From NCBI RefSeq assembly GCF_018350175.1, contig NC_058368.1, positions 40,116,001 through 40,180,000 on the forward strand: 64,000 nt of DNA. The letters run 5' to 3'. Origin of the DNA: Felis catus. Taxonomy: Eukaryota. The stretch's first letter is position 1, and each line of letters begins with the position of its first letter. This document shows, one piece after another, positions 24,908-38,860 of the stretch. The notes beneath the pieces were generated by a model. That model did no database searches and was not told the origin of the DNA. It saw nothing but the letters and a program-made list of their open reading frames with translations. The position numbers and the translations under genes were made by a program.

Positions 24908-26564
24908 TATAGAGTATTCCTCTCTTTATGAAAAATCACAACTGTTAATGCTATCCCCACAACAACACAACCCTGTATTTTAATTATTAGATCATATGTC
25001 ATGGCAAAATCTTTAAAATCTAAATAAGTAAATTGTTTCTATTGCATAGAAGATGTGAGATATTAATTAAATCAAGTTATCATAATTAAAGCAAAAAAAA
25101 TTTTTGACAGGTTGAGCACCAGTTAATACTGTAAGATTTTCATTACAATAGAGACAATATTTTTCTAGGCCATTTTACTTGTTGCTCCAGACTTTGAACA
25201 GCCACTGGGGATACATACAAGTCATTCTGCATGTTTCTCTGTATGTCAACAATGTAACACCTTTTCTGGTATTGTTCTTGAGTTGTTTAAATGACTCTTT
25301 AAATTATTAGAAATTATCTGTATTAAGAGGAGATGTGAAGAGTACTTGGTTTGCTTGTACCCTAGACTTAATATCCAGGTAGAAGACTTAGGAAGAAGCA
25401 ATTTTCAATTATCGTTTTTTTTCACAAAAACTTGTCTGACATTTATAAAAATAGCAATTGACAGAGAGTGTGGCATAACTATTATGATCATTTTTGTATA
25501 TTTTATGCTGCCTAAGAAATTGTGTCCGAAATTACTGTTCTGTCAGACATTATGCTTTAGGAGAAAATAGAGTTATCTGGATTTGAGGCTGCTTAAACAT
25601 GGTTTCTAAATACATAACATTAGGAATAAAACTGAAACAATATATAGCAGAATAAATCAAGTCATTGCTTTACATCTAGGCTTTGAATAACTTTAACAAA
25701 CATTTGTCAGAGGAAAATGTCAGAACTTAAGATTTTTTACTGTGGTCAGCTGTGAGTATTCCTTGAAATGATTACAGCCTTTGTTCAATCTAGACTCACC
25801 ACTGTAACAGAAAGACATTTTAATATCTTTTTTGAAAACTTTTATGTATGTTATGCAAAACTTGTGTAATGCTCCATTTTTTTAAATCTACTTCACTAAA
25901 AACCGAATCATTGTTGTTATATGGGAAAGTTTTAAAATCAATCAATTAATTCTTCTGCATTATAATGATAGGAGGTCAGTAAAGCACAGTGAATTGAACT
26001 ATCTTGAACTATTATTTCCCTAAAAGCAAATCATTAAAATAAGCACCTACATATATAAACCGGAAATACTGAATAGTAGATCAATTATTTTCTATAACTC
26101 AAAAGGAATTGAATTTCCTTTGAAAATCATCAATTATTTTTAAATTACTTGATATTTAAGTATTACTCTTTTAAGACTGTAGAGGGACAGTAGCTTCACA
26201 GGTTTCACATAATTACTATAGTAGAGAGTAGAAAAGTTATGAGTTTCCAACTCATATTTAAAATGCCACGTGGACTTCTGGTTTAGTCACTTGATTAGAA
26301 AAACGGCATTGGAAAGAAGTCTAACTGAAAAGACACCATTATTTCAATTAATGTGACGAATAGACACAAATTTATACACAATTAAATCACAGTACTTTAA
26401 CATTAAAAAAAAATTAACTATAAACCCCTTTCCTATAAAACTCTCTAAATTAATTCCAATTTCTGTTTGTTTCATCCAATGGCCAAAAATAGAATCTTAT
26501 AATCATTTTTAAACTTTTTTTGCTTCTACTTTCCTATGCCCCTTTGTTGCTTATATCTCAGTAA

Positions 26565-27010
26565 TGTTTAAGAAGGTTTTAAAACCAGTAATGTAAAGCG
26601 TAAGTAGGTCTGATGGAAAGATATCCTGTAAATATCCAGGAAGTGGATATTAAACACACTAGGAACACGGGGACGATTCACTTGCAAGACATGAGAGGCA
26701 CCCGGCCAGTCATACAGTATAAAATGTTCAGTCAGGGTGGTGCAGGATATATTTGACAGTCCAGATGGATTCCAGCAGGCAGCTTCAGAGCAGGGAGTAC
26801 TGAGACCCAAACCAGAAGAGGATTTAGAGAGAGTAGGCATCAAAAGACATAAGGCAGCAGGTATCAGAGCCCAGATTTTGGGCACAGAAACGAGGGCAGG
26901 AGTCCAGAATCTAATGGGGCTGACAACATTTATCTCAGTACTGATGATGAGGTATCCGGTACTGATCATGGGGCTCTGAGCAAAGTCTGATATTTTACAG
27001 GATTACTCAA
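26565..27010. mobile_element. Possible ancient LTR-like relic (family unassigned)
   Basis: Purine-rich segment of higher GC than its flanks; no diagnostic motif recognised. Confidence 0.25.
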
Positions 27011-27897
27011 GTATCTATTCTCAAGATCTTAGTTTGTCTCTAAGGATGAGATCTGAGTCATTCCTTCTTGCATTGAAGAGCCATTCAAAATCTTTAAAAT
27101 TCTTCTTCTATGTCTTTTGTGGGGAGCTCTCGGATCTACTCCCATTGCAACTGCCTTAATAAAAATTCTGTTTATTCTATAACCTATGTTAGTAACTTCT
27201 TCAGTGACTAGTCTACTATTATTCCCTTTCTTCTTTAATCCAAACCAGATAATGTTGCTTGATTAATCTGCCTCAATAAAGCTAAGTTCAGTTAACTTAA
27301 TGGCTCTGATTTGTGTACCAAATTGGGTGCAAATTTCTCTTTATGATATTCAAGACTCTTTATAACAGAAACTCAATTTATTATTTAAATCTGATATTTC
27401 ATTACTTAAGTCCCATGCCTTATTCATCCTTTTTATGCAAGTTTGCTTCACCTATTCTGAAGAATAGTATTTACTGGGTTTTTAAACATAGATTTTCCAA
27501 GTATTTTTTGTTTGTTCTTTCTGCTGAAAATATAACCATAAGCCTCTCTTTAAATTTTCTTTAAATGAAAGTTTAATATTGTCATAAATGACACCTACCG
27601 AACCAAATTCTCTTTATGCCCTTTCTTTATCATCTTATTTCAATAAAATTTATTTTTTTGAACAGTGGAGGTGTGGGGTTAGGGGTTGTGAATTAGCTGC
27701 AGATCTTTTTTCACATTTGCATGAGAAAAATATGAGCTGCCAGGGTCTGGGGAGAACAGAATGAATTCAATCTACACGGCTTCTCCTTAACACAGATTGC
27801 TGAAGTTACTTTAATGATGCAGGAATCCAGGTCAACCACTGTGACCACCAACAAAAATCTTTATTGATTGATTTTGCTATGAATGCTTTCATTTGAA

Positions 27898-27909
27898 TAT
27901 CTATCTACC

Positions 27910-27948
<39 letters not shown>

Positions 27949-27963
27949 ATCATCATCATCATC
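27898..27963. repeat. (TATC)n + (ATC)n microsatellite
   Basis: Seen directly. Confidence 0.9.
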
Positions 27964-28346
27964 TATCATCTTCCACAGGTGTATACATACATTTAACGCA
28001 TATATTCCTATATCCACATACACATTCCTACAGCTATGGGCTGGATTTGTTTCTAGAATGACATCTGTAGTTAGATTTCTCAAGTTCAGCTGCTTGCCCA
28101 GAACTACTTGTTTATTTAATTTCAAATTTATACTCATACTGCTTTATACTTAGATTTCCATATGTTGTGCCATTCTGTCACTAACTACAGTATGTTGAGT
28201 ACAAGGTGTCATATATTTATCTTATTTCCATAACTTTTCTTATACTTTATTAGTCTGGATGCCTACGATTTAGGATTCTGTGTAATTAAAGCCCTGAAAT
28301 AATTTTGGTAAATTAAGAAACATAATTAATAACTATGAAAAAGTAT

Positions 28347-28582
28347 GGGACGCCTGAGTGGCTCAGTTGGGTAAGCCTCTGACTCTTGATTTCCGCTCAG
28401 GTCATGATCTCAGCTTACGACCTGATCTCATGGTTTGTGGGTTGGAGCCCTGTGTCAGGCTCTGTGCTGACAGCATGGAGCCTGCTTGGGATTCCTGCTC
28501 TCCCTCTTTCTCTCTGCCCCTCCCCTGCTCACACTCTCTCATTCTTTCTCTCAGTCTCAAAATAAATAAATAAACTTAAAAA
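28347..28582 (+). mobile_element. CAN-SINE
   Basis: Perfect 16-bp TSD aactatgaaaaagtat. Confidence 0.95.
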
Positions 28583-28903
28583 AACTATGAAAAAGTATTA
28601 TCTACTTCTAATTTTTATGATAGATAAGTATCTCGAAAGAAAAATTTTCATAAAAATCAGTCCATGGTATCCCAATACAACAGTTTTTATTAGTATTTTC
28701 AATTACCACTGGAAAAAAATGAATCTTGAACATAAGATTCTTTATGGAGGTCCAAGGCCTAAATTCTATGCATTAATATATAGATTTTAATCAGCATCAA
28801 ATGAGTACGGGAAAAAAAAGGAAAGTAAATATTAAAATAATAAATAAAGTTAACTTCATTAATGCTGCCATTAATTTAACATTTTGGTTACATGATATTC
28901 TTT

Positions 28904-29116
28904 TTTTTTTAATTTTTTAATGTTTACATTTTGAACAAGAGAGACAGAGCATGAGCAGGGGAGGGGCAGAGAGGGAGGGAGACACAGAATCCAAAGCAGA
29001 CTCCAGGCTCTGAGCTGTCAGCACAGAGCCCGACATGGGGCTCCAACCCACGAACCATGACATCATTACTTGAGCCGATGTCGGATGCCTAACCAACTGA
29101 GTCACCCAGGCACCTC
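28904..29116 (-). mobile_element. CAN-SINE
   Basis: Perfect 15-bp TSD tacatgatattcttt. Confidence 0.95.
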
Positions 29117-30171
29117 TACATGATATTCTTTATTCCTACCACTATGCCATGCTGTGTGCTCTGTGTATTTTAAATTTTAATACACATTAACACTGTTCTT
29201 GACCTCAGGTTTAAATTTTAATCTGGAGTTCTGTTGTGCAAATATCTCCAAGTACTTCCAAAATGTTCCAAAACACAAATTTGGAAATAAATTCCTTTTC
29301 ATCCTGAAGGTGAGCAAATGTTCTTAGGGAAAAAAATTTTTTTTGATAATATAAATATGGTTATCCTTTTATAAAAATATAAAAAGTGTTTTATCACAAG
29401 CATACCAAAGTGTATTAAAACAAAGAAAGCTATCTAGAGGTGTCAACAAAGAAAGATATTAAAAACAAATGAATTAGCATTTATGTCGGTGAAATAAAAT
29501 CTACCAGGAGATTTTTAACCAAGGAAGAGATTTTAAAACTTTAAACATCTAGAAGAATGTTTACCAAATTAGGCATTTAAAATATATATTTATACTAGCA
29601 TTTTTTAAACGGTTATTATTTCCCAACTGTAAATAAGAATGTCTTTTACAAGTCATTTGAATCTGGTTTGCTTATATTTCACAAGAAAGTCTCATCATTT
29701 TTTTCTCCTAGCAACTCACCAGAGGCAAGAGACTGATTTAAGATAACAAAAAAATTGCTTTCACGATAAAAATACAATCAGGACCTGGATTTCTGAATCT
29801 GGGACTGCAAAATGATGTATGTATAATATGCAGATGAGACCTGGGGACAACTAAGGTTGCTAACAGAGATTCCTGACCTCACTGGAGAGCTTTTTCATTT
29901 ATAAAGTGATGCTCACATAATCCTCACTGTAGCAGATGTCAGGACAAGTATCCTTAATGGACAAAAGGGGCAGTTTATACCAACAGCTTGGTGCCCAAGA
30001 TCAAGGAGTGATCAGGATATAAAATAAAAACAAATCCAAAATCTCTGGGTGGCGAGACTAATGTCATTTCCTTTGCATGTACCACTTCCATATGTAATAG
30101 AGGTAACTTCTTTCCAAATTCATTTCAGTGGCTTAGGGAATGCAAAGAATTTCTAAGAACAAAATAAAGGA

Positions 30172-30790
30172 CTGTGTATAGGTTCCAACATCATTCCTTT
30201 GCATGTGGATACCCAGTATCCCAGTATCATTTGTTGAAAAAGCTATTATTTCCTCCATTGAATTGTCTTGGCAATCCTGTCAAAAATCAATTGACCATAA
30301 ATATGAGGGTTAATTTCTGGGCTCCCAATTCTATTCCATTGATCTATATGTTTATCCTTATGCCAGTACCACACTGTTTGGATTACTGTGAATTAGTTTT
30401 GAAATTAGGAAATGTGAGCCCTTCACCCTTCTTTCTTTTCAGGATTGATTTGGCTATTCTTGTGTCCGTATAGATTTTTATGTGAATTTTAGGATCAGCA
30501 TCCCAGTTTCTGAAAAAAATTCCAGTGAGGATTTTTGTAGGAATTTTGTTGAATCTGTTCATCAATTTGGGGAGTATTGACATCCAGGAACTTGAGATGT
30601 CCTTCTATTGATTTAGGCCTTTTTGAATTTTTTTCAGCGTTTTTTACTTTTCAGCAAATAAGCCTTGTTCTTATTTTATTTGGTTTATTCCTAAGGTTTT
30701 TATTAATTTTGATGCTTTTATAAATGAAATGATTTTCTTAAGTCCATTTCTGCATGGTTAATTGCTAGTATGTGGAAATAAAACCAGTTG
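30172..30790 (-). mobile_element. Old L1M ORF2 fragment
   Basis: Minus-strand translation MSILPKLMNRFNKIP...RIAKSILKRKKGEGLTFPNFK. Confidence 0.85.
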
Positions 30791-31295
30791 CTACTGGCTA
30801 CAGTAAGACTTTTTATACTGATAAAAAAATAAGTGTAATAATTAAGTGGGCTTTTTGTGTACAGCCCACTGGAAGTCGAATTCTGTTTAAAGAGATATAG
30901 AGAAAAAAAATCAATTTCTGATTTATCCAAGTTCTTCATGTCTCTTAAAATAGGTATCTTTTTAAACACTATAGAAAATACATAGCTGTATGCACATATT
31001 AAATTGTTAAAAAAACAAAAATGGTGCAGTAAAATTATTCCAAATAAATTCTTGGTTACTTATTACTTCTGGAAAAATCTGTTATGTGTATTACTTGATA
31101 CATTATACTTCACCACGCCTTTTGCTTCTAAATATATCTGTTCAGCACTAAATGCAACTACTATGACAATATCATCAACAATCATTTGCTTTGTTTTCTG
31201 TATGTTTTATTTCCTAGGCCTAATGGAAATATTAGACTTTGTTCTCTGAAACTACTGAACTGGATATGCTGAGGTTAACTTATAGAAGCTTGTAG

Positions 31296-31296
<1 letters not shown>

Positions 31297-31328
<32 letters not shown>

Positions 31329-31330
31329 TG
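31297..31330. repeat. (TG)n microsatellite
   Basis: Seen directly. Confidence 0.9.
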
Positions 31331-31349
31331 CCTGTACATGTGTGTATAA

Positions 31350-31420
31350 TTTTTTTTGTTAATTTTTTTAATGTTTATTTTTGAGAGAGAGCGAGAGAGG
31401 CAGAGCATGAGCAGAGGAGG

Positions 31421-31464
<44 letters not shown>

Positions 31465-31598
31465 AACAGAATCTGAAGCAGGCTCCAGGCTCTGAGCTGT
31501 CAGCACAGAGCCCGAAGCAGGGCTCAAACTCATGAACCATGAGATCATGACGTGAGCCAAAGTTGGTTGCTTAACCGACTGAGCCACCCAAGTGCCCC
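31350..31598 (-). mobile_element. CAN-SINE with expanded (GA)n
   Basis: Full head and tail on minus strand. Confidence 0.93.
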
Positions 31599-33032
31599 TT
31601 AATTTCTCTCTCTCTCTACATATATATTTCCTCATCTCATTTTTTCAAAGGGACATAGAATCCTTGTCCTCATTTGGTAGCTGTTTTTCCCCCTCCTTGG
31701 GATTTTTACTTTAAATCTATGTATGATTTTTAATTATAATTTTACCACTCAATGAACCTCACAATGGCAACATTTTAGCATCTACCCACCATGGCAGATG
31801 GCAAACTAATGAGGCCTGCTCTACTTGCATACTGATATCTTTTCTACATAACACTTCTCTGATCCACAGGGAGGTCAAAGAGCAAGTTTTATTTATCTTC
31901 TTTGTCTCATTTGATCCTTAAAAATCATAAGGCTGATTATTACAGAATGTACATTTTACACCTCTTAATTACACTCATTAATGTTTGTTTCATACATTTG
32001 ACAAATATGATTGAAAAAATCACTGTCAGTGCCAGTAATTTATTTTCGTGATTTAAAATTGTAAATGCAGTGTTGAGTCAACCTCAATCACTTTCACCAC
32101 ATTAAGAAGTCCTTCTTCCTGAAGCAGAAAATAAATTATTTGCCAAATAAATGTGTGTGTGTATATAAAAAACATATATACTTGTATACAAAAATTTTTA
32201 GAATACATAAGTATGTAAATTTTTGGCACTGGTGTATTTAAAATGAATCTTATTAATAAGTGACTAAGCTTTTCTCAGGCTTTTGCAAGCTTTCACATTT
32301 AAAGACCAATCCATTAGCAATCATTTTAGTCTGAAGATAGCCTAAAATTTATCTCCATAGTCAGTGAATATTCTCAGAAACAAAATCATCATTAACTGAA
32401 ATGTCTTTCATGAGGAGGGGCCTTATCTAGCTTGTCCATCACTACCTTTTACAATTCTTGGCATAGCGTAGCTGTTCATTACAAAATGAAATAAAGTAAT
32501 CTTCTTAATATTCACTTTATCTTGATACTTTTTCATCCTTTTCAAATGTTGGTCAAAGGAATAATTTTGTACAAGGAAAGGTCATGAAATGAGTACAAAA
32601 TTAGCTTGAAGTTTCTCACAAGTACCAAATGAGCATACCTTAAATTAGAATTACATATTGCAGGTATTTCCAAATAATATGTAATAAAAATAATAAAATA
32701 TGCTGATTCATTTGTCACTATTTTATGTCATTATTGTATTTCCCCCCAGTTTATCATACATAAGTCAAACATAGAAAGTATTTATATTTATTAATTCATT
32801 AACAAAATCTTTTTTACCCATTTCTTTTAGCATTTATTTGACATTCCTGTCTATTTATTGTCTTTTCTCTCCTCTTTACATTTGAGTTTAGTGAAGTGAT
32901 TATGTCTATTTCCTTACCTTTTTTTTTCCTTCTATGAGTCCAGGCACATATTACTTTGCAGAAACTATGCTCCCTAAAGTTATCAGGGGTCTTTGTTAGT
33001 TGCCACTGAGCAGTAGAGCACACTACACTTAT

Positions 33033-33222
33033 GTTTTATTTTGTTTTGTTTTGTTTTTGTTTTTGATAGAGAGAGAATGTGTGAGTGTAGAGGGAGAGAG
33101 AAAATCTAAAGCAATTTAAGCAGGCTCCACACTGGGTGATTTCATTCTTACCACTGTGAAATCATAACCTGAGCCAAAATCAAGAGTCGGTAGCTTAACA
33201 GACTGAGCCACCCAAGTGCCCC
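33033..33222 (-). mobile_element. Older short CAN-SINE
   Basis: 'acctgagccaaaatcaagagtcgg...gccacccaagtgcccc'; degenerate TSD. Confidence 0.85.
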
Positions 33223-33329
33223 AAACACTGCAGTTATCCTAATTGGCCTCTGAGGTAGATGTTTTGACTGGCTTTCCAATACTGCTTCCAATTCTTCAGG
33301 TTTGTGTGGAGTATGGTTGCACATTTAGC

Positions 33330-33720
33330 TACTGAAAGGAAGTATGGTTATGCCAACCCAAACAAAGCTAATGTCACTCAATCATTACCCAGTGTACTGA
33401 GTACTGATGCCTGGCCAATTGTTGCATGGCAATCCACTTATAAAATGGAATTTTTTTCCCCATAAAAATGGCCCAATATTAAAAATAAGGCATGGGAAGA
33501 GATCTGCTGAATGCTCCTGGGAAAAAAGTCACCTCACTCTTCAGACAGTCCGACTACACATTTCTACTGGATGTAGTCATGTGGAGATAAGCATTTTGAA
33601 CTGCTACAGTCATGCAGGCAGCCATCACTAGGGGGAAAACTCCAGCAAAAGAAGAGGGTAAACTGAGAGAATGAGCAGAACAACAAACAGCAAGCCATAA
33701 GGAGAATAAGGTGCTATTAC
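33330..33720 (+). mobile_element. MaLR (MLT1-like) LTR relic
   Basis: 'tgctgaatgctcctgggaaaaaag', 'aactgctacagtcatg...gcagccatc'. Confidence 0.35.
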
Positions 33721-34070
33721 TTGGGTGAATTATCAGAAAGGGGTGTATGTACATATTTCAGCTGAAGAGTATTTAAAACAGAACTAAAAAATACACAACC
33801 CCTCGGCCTTATCAAAACGACATTCAATCCACTGTTAACTTGTCTTGATTCTCACTTAAAAACATAACTGATCTTTTACTCTCTGAGACAATCCTTTGTC
33901 ACATACAAGTCTATGTAATTGCACTTGTCATTGACCTAGTTTTTATATTTCTTTTTCCTATCAGAATCTGAACCTTTTAGAAGAGAGGCCATGGCTAATT
34001 TACCTGTGTACACCCACCTTGTGGAACTTAAGTGACATTCAGCCACATTTGCTGGTGGACCTAATGAATT

Positions 34071-34072
<2 letters not shown>

Positions 34073-34115
<43 letters not shown>
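34073..34115. repeat. (CA)n microsatellite
   Basis: Pure AC tract, seen directly. Confidence 0.95.
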
Positions 34116-34117
<2 letters not shown>

Positions 34118-34162
34118 AATGAGAAATTGGTGAATGCTTTCATTAAACTATGGTTCATCCCT

Positions 34163-34375
34163 GGGGTGCCTGGGTGGCTCAGTCGGTTAAGCATCTGACT
34201 TCAGCTCAGGTCATGATCTCACAGTCTGTGAGTTCGAGCCCTGCTTCGGGCTCTGTGCTGAAGGCTCAGCGCCTGGAGCCTGCTTCAGATTCTGTGTCTC
34301 CTTCTCTCTCTGTCTCTTCCCCGCTCAAACTCTGTCCCTCTCTTTCAAAAATAAACATTAAATTTTTTTAAAAAA
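34163..34375 (+). mobile_element. CAN-SINE
   Basis: Full head and tail; degenerate TSD. Confidence 0.93.
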
Positions 34376-35724
34376 TAAATATTGTTCATTGCTTAGAAAG
34401 TGTACAGTTTAATTCAGAGTAAATACTCATCCATGTATTTTCCAACTTATTTGAAAACAAAATGTGACTTGAGTTCATCTGTAAATATTATGGATGACTG
34501 ATATGGTTTCCTTGTGACATGTTTTGAAAAACACCCTCAGATAAAATCATTAATTTGATGCCATAAAAAGTATATCGATGTTTCTCTTCTTAGTAATGGT
34601 TAGTTATTTTGCAATGTCAATTTTATCAAAAATAACTATGTGGTTTTTCTCTATCTTAAAGCAAACAGAAGAAAAGGATAATGCTGAAAAAGTAAAGTGC
34701 ATATTATAACTTCAATATAGTAATTTTCAGATTCTGAAGTCCCTGATCTTCTTACAAACTAAGAAAGTAACACTTTTTAGTATTTTTAAAAAGCCTAGTG
34801 GAACTTTTATTAAATAGCAATGAATCTTCCCAAATCTTTTGGTTTTTTTTTTCTTCTTTGATACAATTATATCAACTTTGTACATTGATACCAGAGAGAG
34901 AAAGAGACAGAGAGATAATGATATGATTCATAAACAAATGAATAAATTATTAAGTATAGTAATAATAAATAAATCCAGTTTCAAGTGGATGAAGCAATAT
35001 CAATAAAGTGGTTATTTGCTGGAAATTTTGGAATTGCTACAAATTCTTTAACAATTTCCAATAATGAAATCTCTATTACTTAATTTTTAGATTCAGAGCA
35101 ATTATTTTTTTGGCTGATCAGCTTAGAAAATTTTCAGTCATTGTAAAAACAATTAAAAGTAAGAATTGTTATCTGGCAACAGAGATAAAGCAAAAGTGGA
35201 AAACAGGTATGACAGAAGAAACATGTTGTCAGACATCTTTTGGAACTGAGTATTTATCATGTTCACTTCTGGTTCTGAAGGAGTTATTTCTGGGCATTCT
35301 CCACGTCAACAGGAAGAAAACTGACATAAGAATCTATTTCCTATTTCTCTCTGAGTAGGTGATTGTGAAAGGAACTCAGGTGACTTAATGTAGTTCAAAG
35401 AGAGCTTACATTTGAAATGAAGGGGAGCTTCACAGAGAATCCTGGCTGGTCTCCCAGAATACTGCATTACCTTGTTCAGTTCAACACAGTCTAAAATTGG
35501 CCCTTAGTTTAAAGGCTAAGCAACCTGCTTTGCCAGCAATTGGCCCTGGAGTGTGAATCTGTCTGTGAGGGATGGATTCATGTTAGCAAAGCTCACAGAA
35601 GGGGGGATATCTCCTTCAGAGTGAGAAATGTAGCTGACATCAGGGCCAGAAGAATTTCTATGACTAAGGTCATCATCTTCCCTGTAAAAATTCTATACGG
35701 AAGTCAAATTACACCTAATATGTA

Positions 35725-35960
35725 AGCACATTCACGTGTAAAGCACTGTCTTAAATGCTTTACCTGCATTCTCTCATTTAACTTTCCCAGTAATCATGAA
35801 GAGACTATTATTGGTAACCTCATTTCACAGATGAGGAAACTAAAAGTCAGAAAGGTTAAGTGATTCCCGGTAAAATTGCTGGAAAATTGGAGGAGACAGA
35901 ATTTGAATTCAAGTAATCAGGTTCAGGAATCAGTGTTTTAATATAATATGCTACACTACC
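35725..35960 (-). mobile_element. MIR, near full length
   Basis: Core 'cctcatttcacagatgaggaaactaaaagtcagaaaggttaagtga'. Confidence 0.85.
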
Positions 35961-36865
35961 TTTCTTGACAGGAAACACAATTTGACGGTTTTATTTTCCC
36001 CTGCCTCATCTAGCTTGATACTAATTTCTCCATGCTAGAGATATACTTGGAAACAGAATGGCCCAATATTTGGATCAGAACCCTTTTATCCTTAGACGGA
36101 TATTCAGTAAGTACTACAAATATGTGTGATAGTGATTCCTCATTTTCTAAATTTCCACCACAGATAATGCTATTTTAAGATATTGAAATATACATATGTA
36201 AAAATATACTCTAATTTCAATTATAAAGATTTAAGGGGCAATTTCTGGTGGTCTTGTGTATCTTTTATTTGATCCATTGCAACTGGTATTACAGTTTAAG
36301 TCTCAGAGAGTTCTACGAATCGTAAATTATTAGGACAAAAAACTTTGTGGAATTCTCCTGGTAACTGCTAAGTCAAGATCGCTTTAACTGCCTGTATTTT
36401 GCAAAGAAAGATGGGTAAGTCGTCTTTTACTCTTTATCTGCATTAGGGAGATAGGAAGAGGCACAGGAGAACATTTCTTTCTTGTCAGTTTTCCCCTTTC
36501 CATATTCTATAGTGATAGTTAAACCAAAATGATAAGCAACTAGAATTTCAGCCTTATTCATTATTATAACCCCTAAGGGATACTCTGCTTGAGGTCTTTT
36601 AATTTTGCAATTAACAAAGAAAAATTTGACCTTGTCTGATATTGTGTCTAATTGCCCAAAATTCTAATTTAAAAGACGATCTCTAAGGATTTGCACACCT
36701 GACCCCCCCACACACACACAGACATGATCTCTTACTCCTACTGTGACCTCAGAATTTTATCATTTGTTGAGAGAGATTTGAGCTGAAATCATGGATCTAT
36801 ATTGACTCTCCCTTTCACAGACAGTATCTTACTATTCTTTTCTATAACCAGGAGATATTATTCTT

Positions 36866-37071
36866 TTTTTTAAGTTTATTTATTTATTTTGAGAGAGAGA
36901 GAGAGAGAGAGAGTATGGCAGAGACAGAGGCAGAGAGAGGGAGAGAGAATCTCAAGCAGGCTCCACACTCAGTGTGAAGTCCTATGTGAGGCTCGATCTC
37001 ACGAACTTTGAGATCATAACCTGAGCCAAAATCAAGAGTCCGACACTTAACCAGCCATGCAAGAGCTCCAC
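36866..37071 (-). mobile_element. Older CAN-SINE
   Basis: TSD agatattattctt/aggtattattctt. Confidence 0.9.
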
Positions 37072-37430
37072 AAGGTATTATTCTTAAATTAAGTGCTGAA
37101 CAATTAAAGAACAGAAGAAAAAGATGACTTAAATAATAAATACACATTTTCTGTCTTAAAAATATTAAGTATCTTCTAATCTAATATTTAATTTGGCCTT
37201 CTAACCAGACATTAGAGATTTAAATAGGCCAGATATTATTCAACTTACAAGTGTGAAATATCAGTGTCATATCTGTTGTGATTGACTCAAAGCCATCAAT
37301 TTCAGAAGTGAGGAATCAGGAATTTAAAACAGTGTCTTCCTGATTCCCCTCTCCCATGATTTTCCTCTTCCGTTACCTCAAGATCACACACCTGTTTGAT
37401 GGCATTGACAGCTACAGACTTGTCAGAAAG

Positions 37431-37431
37431 C

Positions 37432-37468
<37 letters not shown>
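37431..37468. repeat. (CAA)n microsatellite
   Basis: Seen directly. Confidence 0.95.
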
Positions 37469-37469
<1 letters not shown>

Positions 37470-37818
37470 AACCCTGAAATTTCCAACTTGGATCCCTAAA
37501 TTATCTCTTCATTCAACTTTCTCACAAGTGTCATTTATGTTGTGATTATGAAAGTTTCTTAAGCTCATTTTATATATATTGCAGAAATATTCCAAAGCTG
37601 CAAAATACAAACCTTTCATGATATCATATTCAATTGTAAGAGTAAAATTGCATAAAAATTTGCATGTGCTCCTGGGAGTTAAAGGAGCATACCTTCCTAT
37701 TCACATGATCTACATATCTAGAAAAGCATCTACAAACAAGGAAGGTAAAATCCACCTCTGGAAAGCAAAGTGACTATGGTGCAAAGGCTTAACAGGATTT
37801 GTTTAAAATGCTGCGTTA

Positions 37819-38035
37819 GGGGCGCCTGGGTGCCTCAGTCAGTTAAGCGGCCAACTTCGGCTCAGGTCATGATCTCGCGGTCCGTGAGTTCGAGCCCCGT
37901 CGGGCACTGTGCTGACAGCTCAGAACCTGGAGCCTGTTTCAGATTCTGTGTTTCCCTCTCTCTGACCCTCCCCCGTTCATACTCTGTCTCTGTCTCAAAA
38001 ATAAATAAACGTTAAAAAAAATTAAAAAGAATACA
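37819..38035 (+). mobile_element. CAN-SINE
   Basis: Head ggggcgcctgggtgcctcagtc and A-tail. Confidence 0.93.
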
Positions 38036-38129
38036 TAAAGTTCTGGGTTAAAGTTCTAGCACACTTACAGTACATTTTTGATATAAAAAAAGTTAGGAAT
38101 TTATTCTGGACTTAAAAATATGTGCACTC

Positions 38130-38331
38130 GGGGGGGATCTGGGTGCTCAGTTGGTTAAGCATCTGACTCTTGGTTTTGGCTCAGGTCATAATCTCACAGT
38201 TTCATGGGTTCGAGACCCACATCAGGCTCCATGCTGACAATGAGGAGCCTGCTTGGGATTCTCTCTCTCCCTTTCTCTCTGCCCCTTCTCCACTTGCACT
38301 GTCTCTCTCAAAATAAATAAATAAACTTTAA
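38130..38331 (+). mobile_element. Older CAN-SINE
   Basis: Head and tail present; degenerate TSD containing atgtgca. Confidence 0.9.
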
Positions 38332-38709
38332 AAGAAAATGTGCATTTTGATCTGTTTACACTAAAATGTCCAGGTTAAAAAGAAGAGCATGTTGGAGGTG
38401 AAGAAAACTTGTTGGAGTGTCAAACCGAAGCATACATCTTAACTCAGCCAATTGTGGAGATTTTTAAAAGTTGCTTCTTTACTCGTGATTTTAGTTTTTA
38501 AATCAGTCACAGGTGTTAAGTAATGTGCGATGCTCTCAACAGTCTCTTCTTTATCTGAGGTTTTTTTTCCTCTCTGTTTCTTATCAACTATCGTGCAGTC
38601 AAATGAATCATATCCACTAATCTGATCCCTAGTTTTCTGTACCCAAATAAATAAGACACCTGTTATGCTTCATTTCCCACAGCAGTAGTTCAAATTATAC
38701 TAATAGTTT

Positions 38710-38860
38710 TCCAATACCAGACATTATGCTAAATAGCTTAAATAGATTTCTCATACAGTCATTAAAAGCAAAGCTGATTTAGGTACAATTGCTATTCCCA
38801 TTTTACATATGAGTTAAGTATATTTTAGGAAGCTTTAGCAACTTTCCTAAATTTATTTTG
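38710..38860 (-). mobile_element. MIR relic
   Basis: 'taccagacattatgctaaat...aggtacaattgctattcccattttacatatgag'. Confidence 0.55.

Noticed and set aside
35180..35209. 24-nt microexon candidate ending CAG/gtatga
   Set aside because: The acceptor has no polypyrimidine tract.
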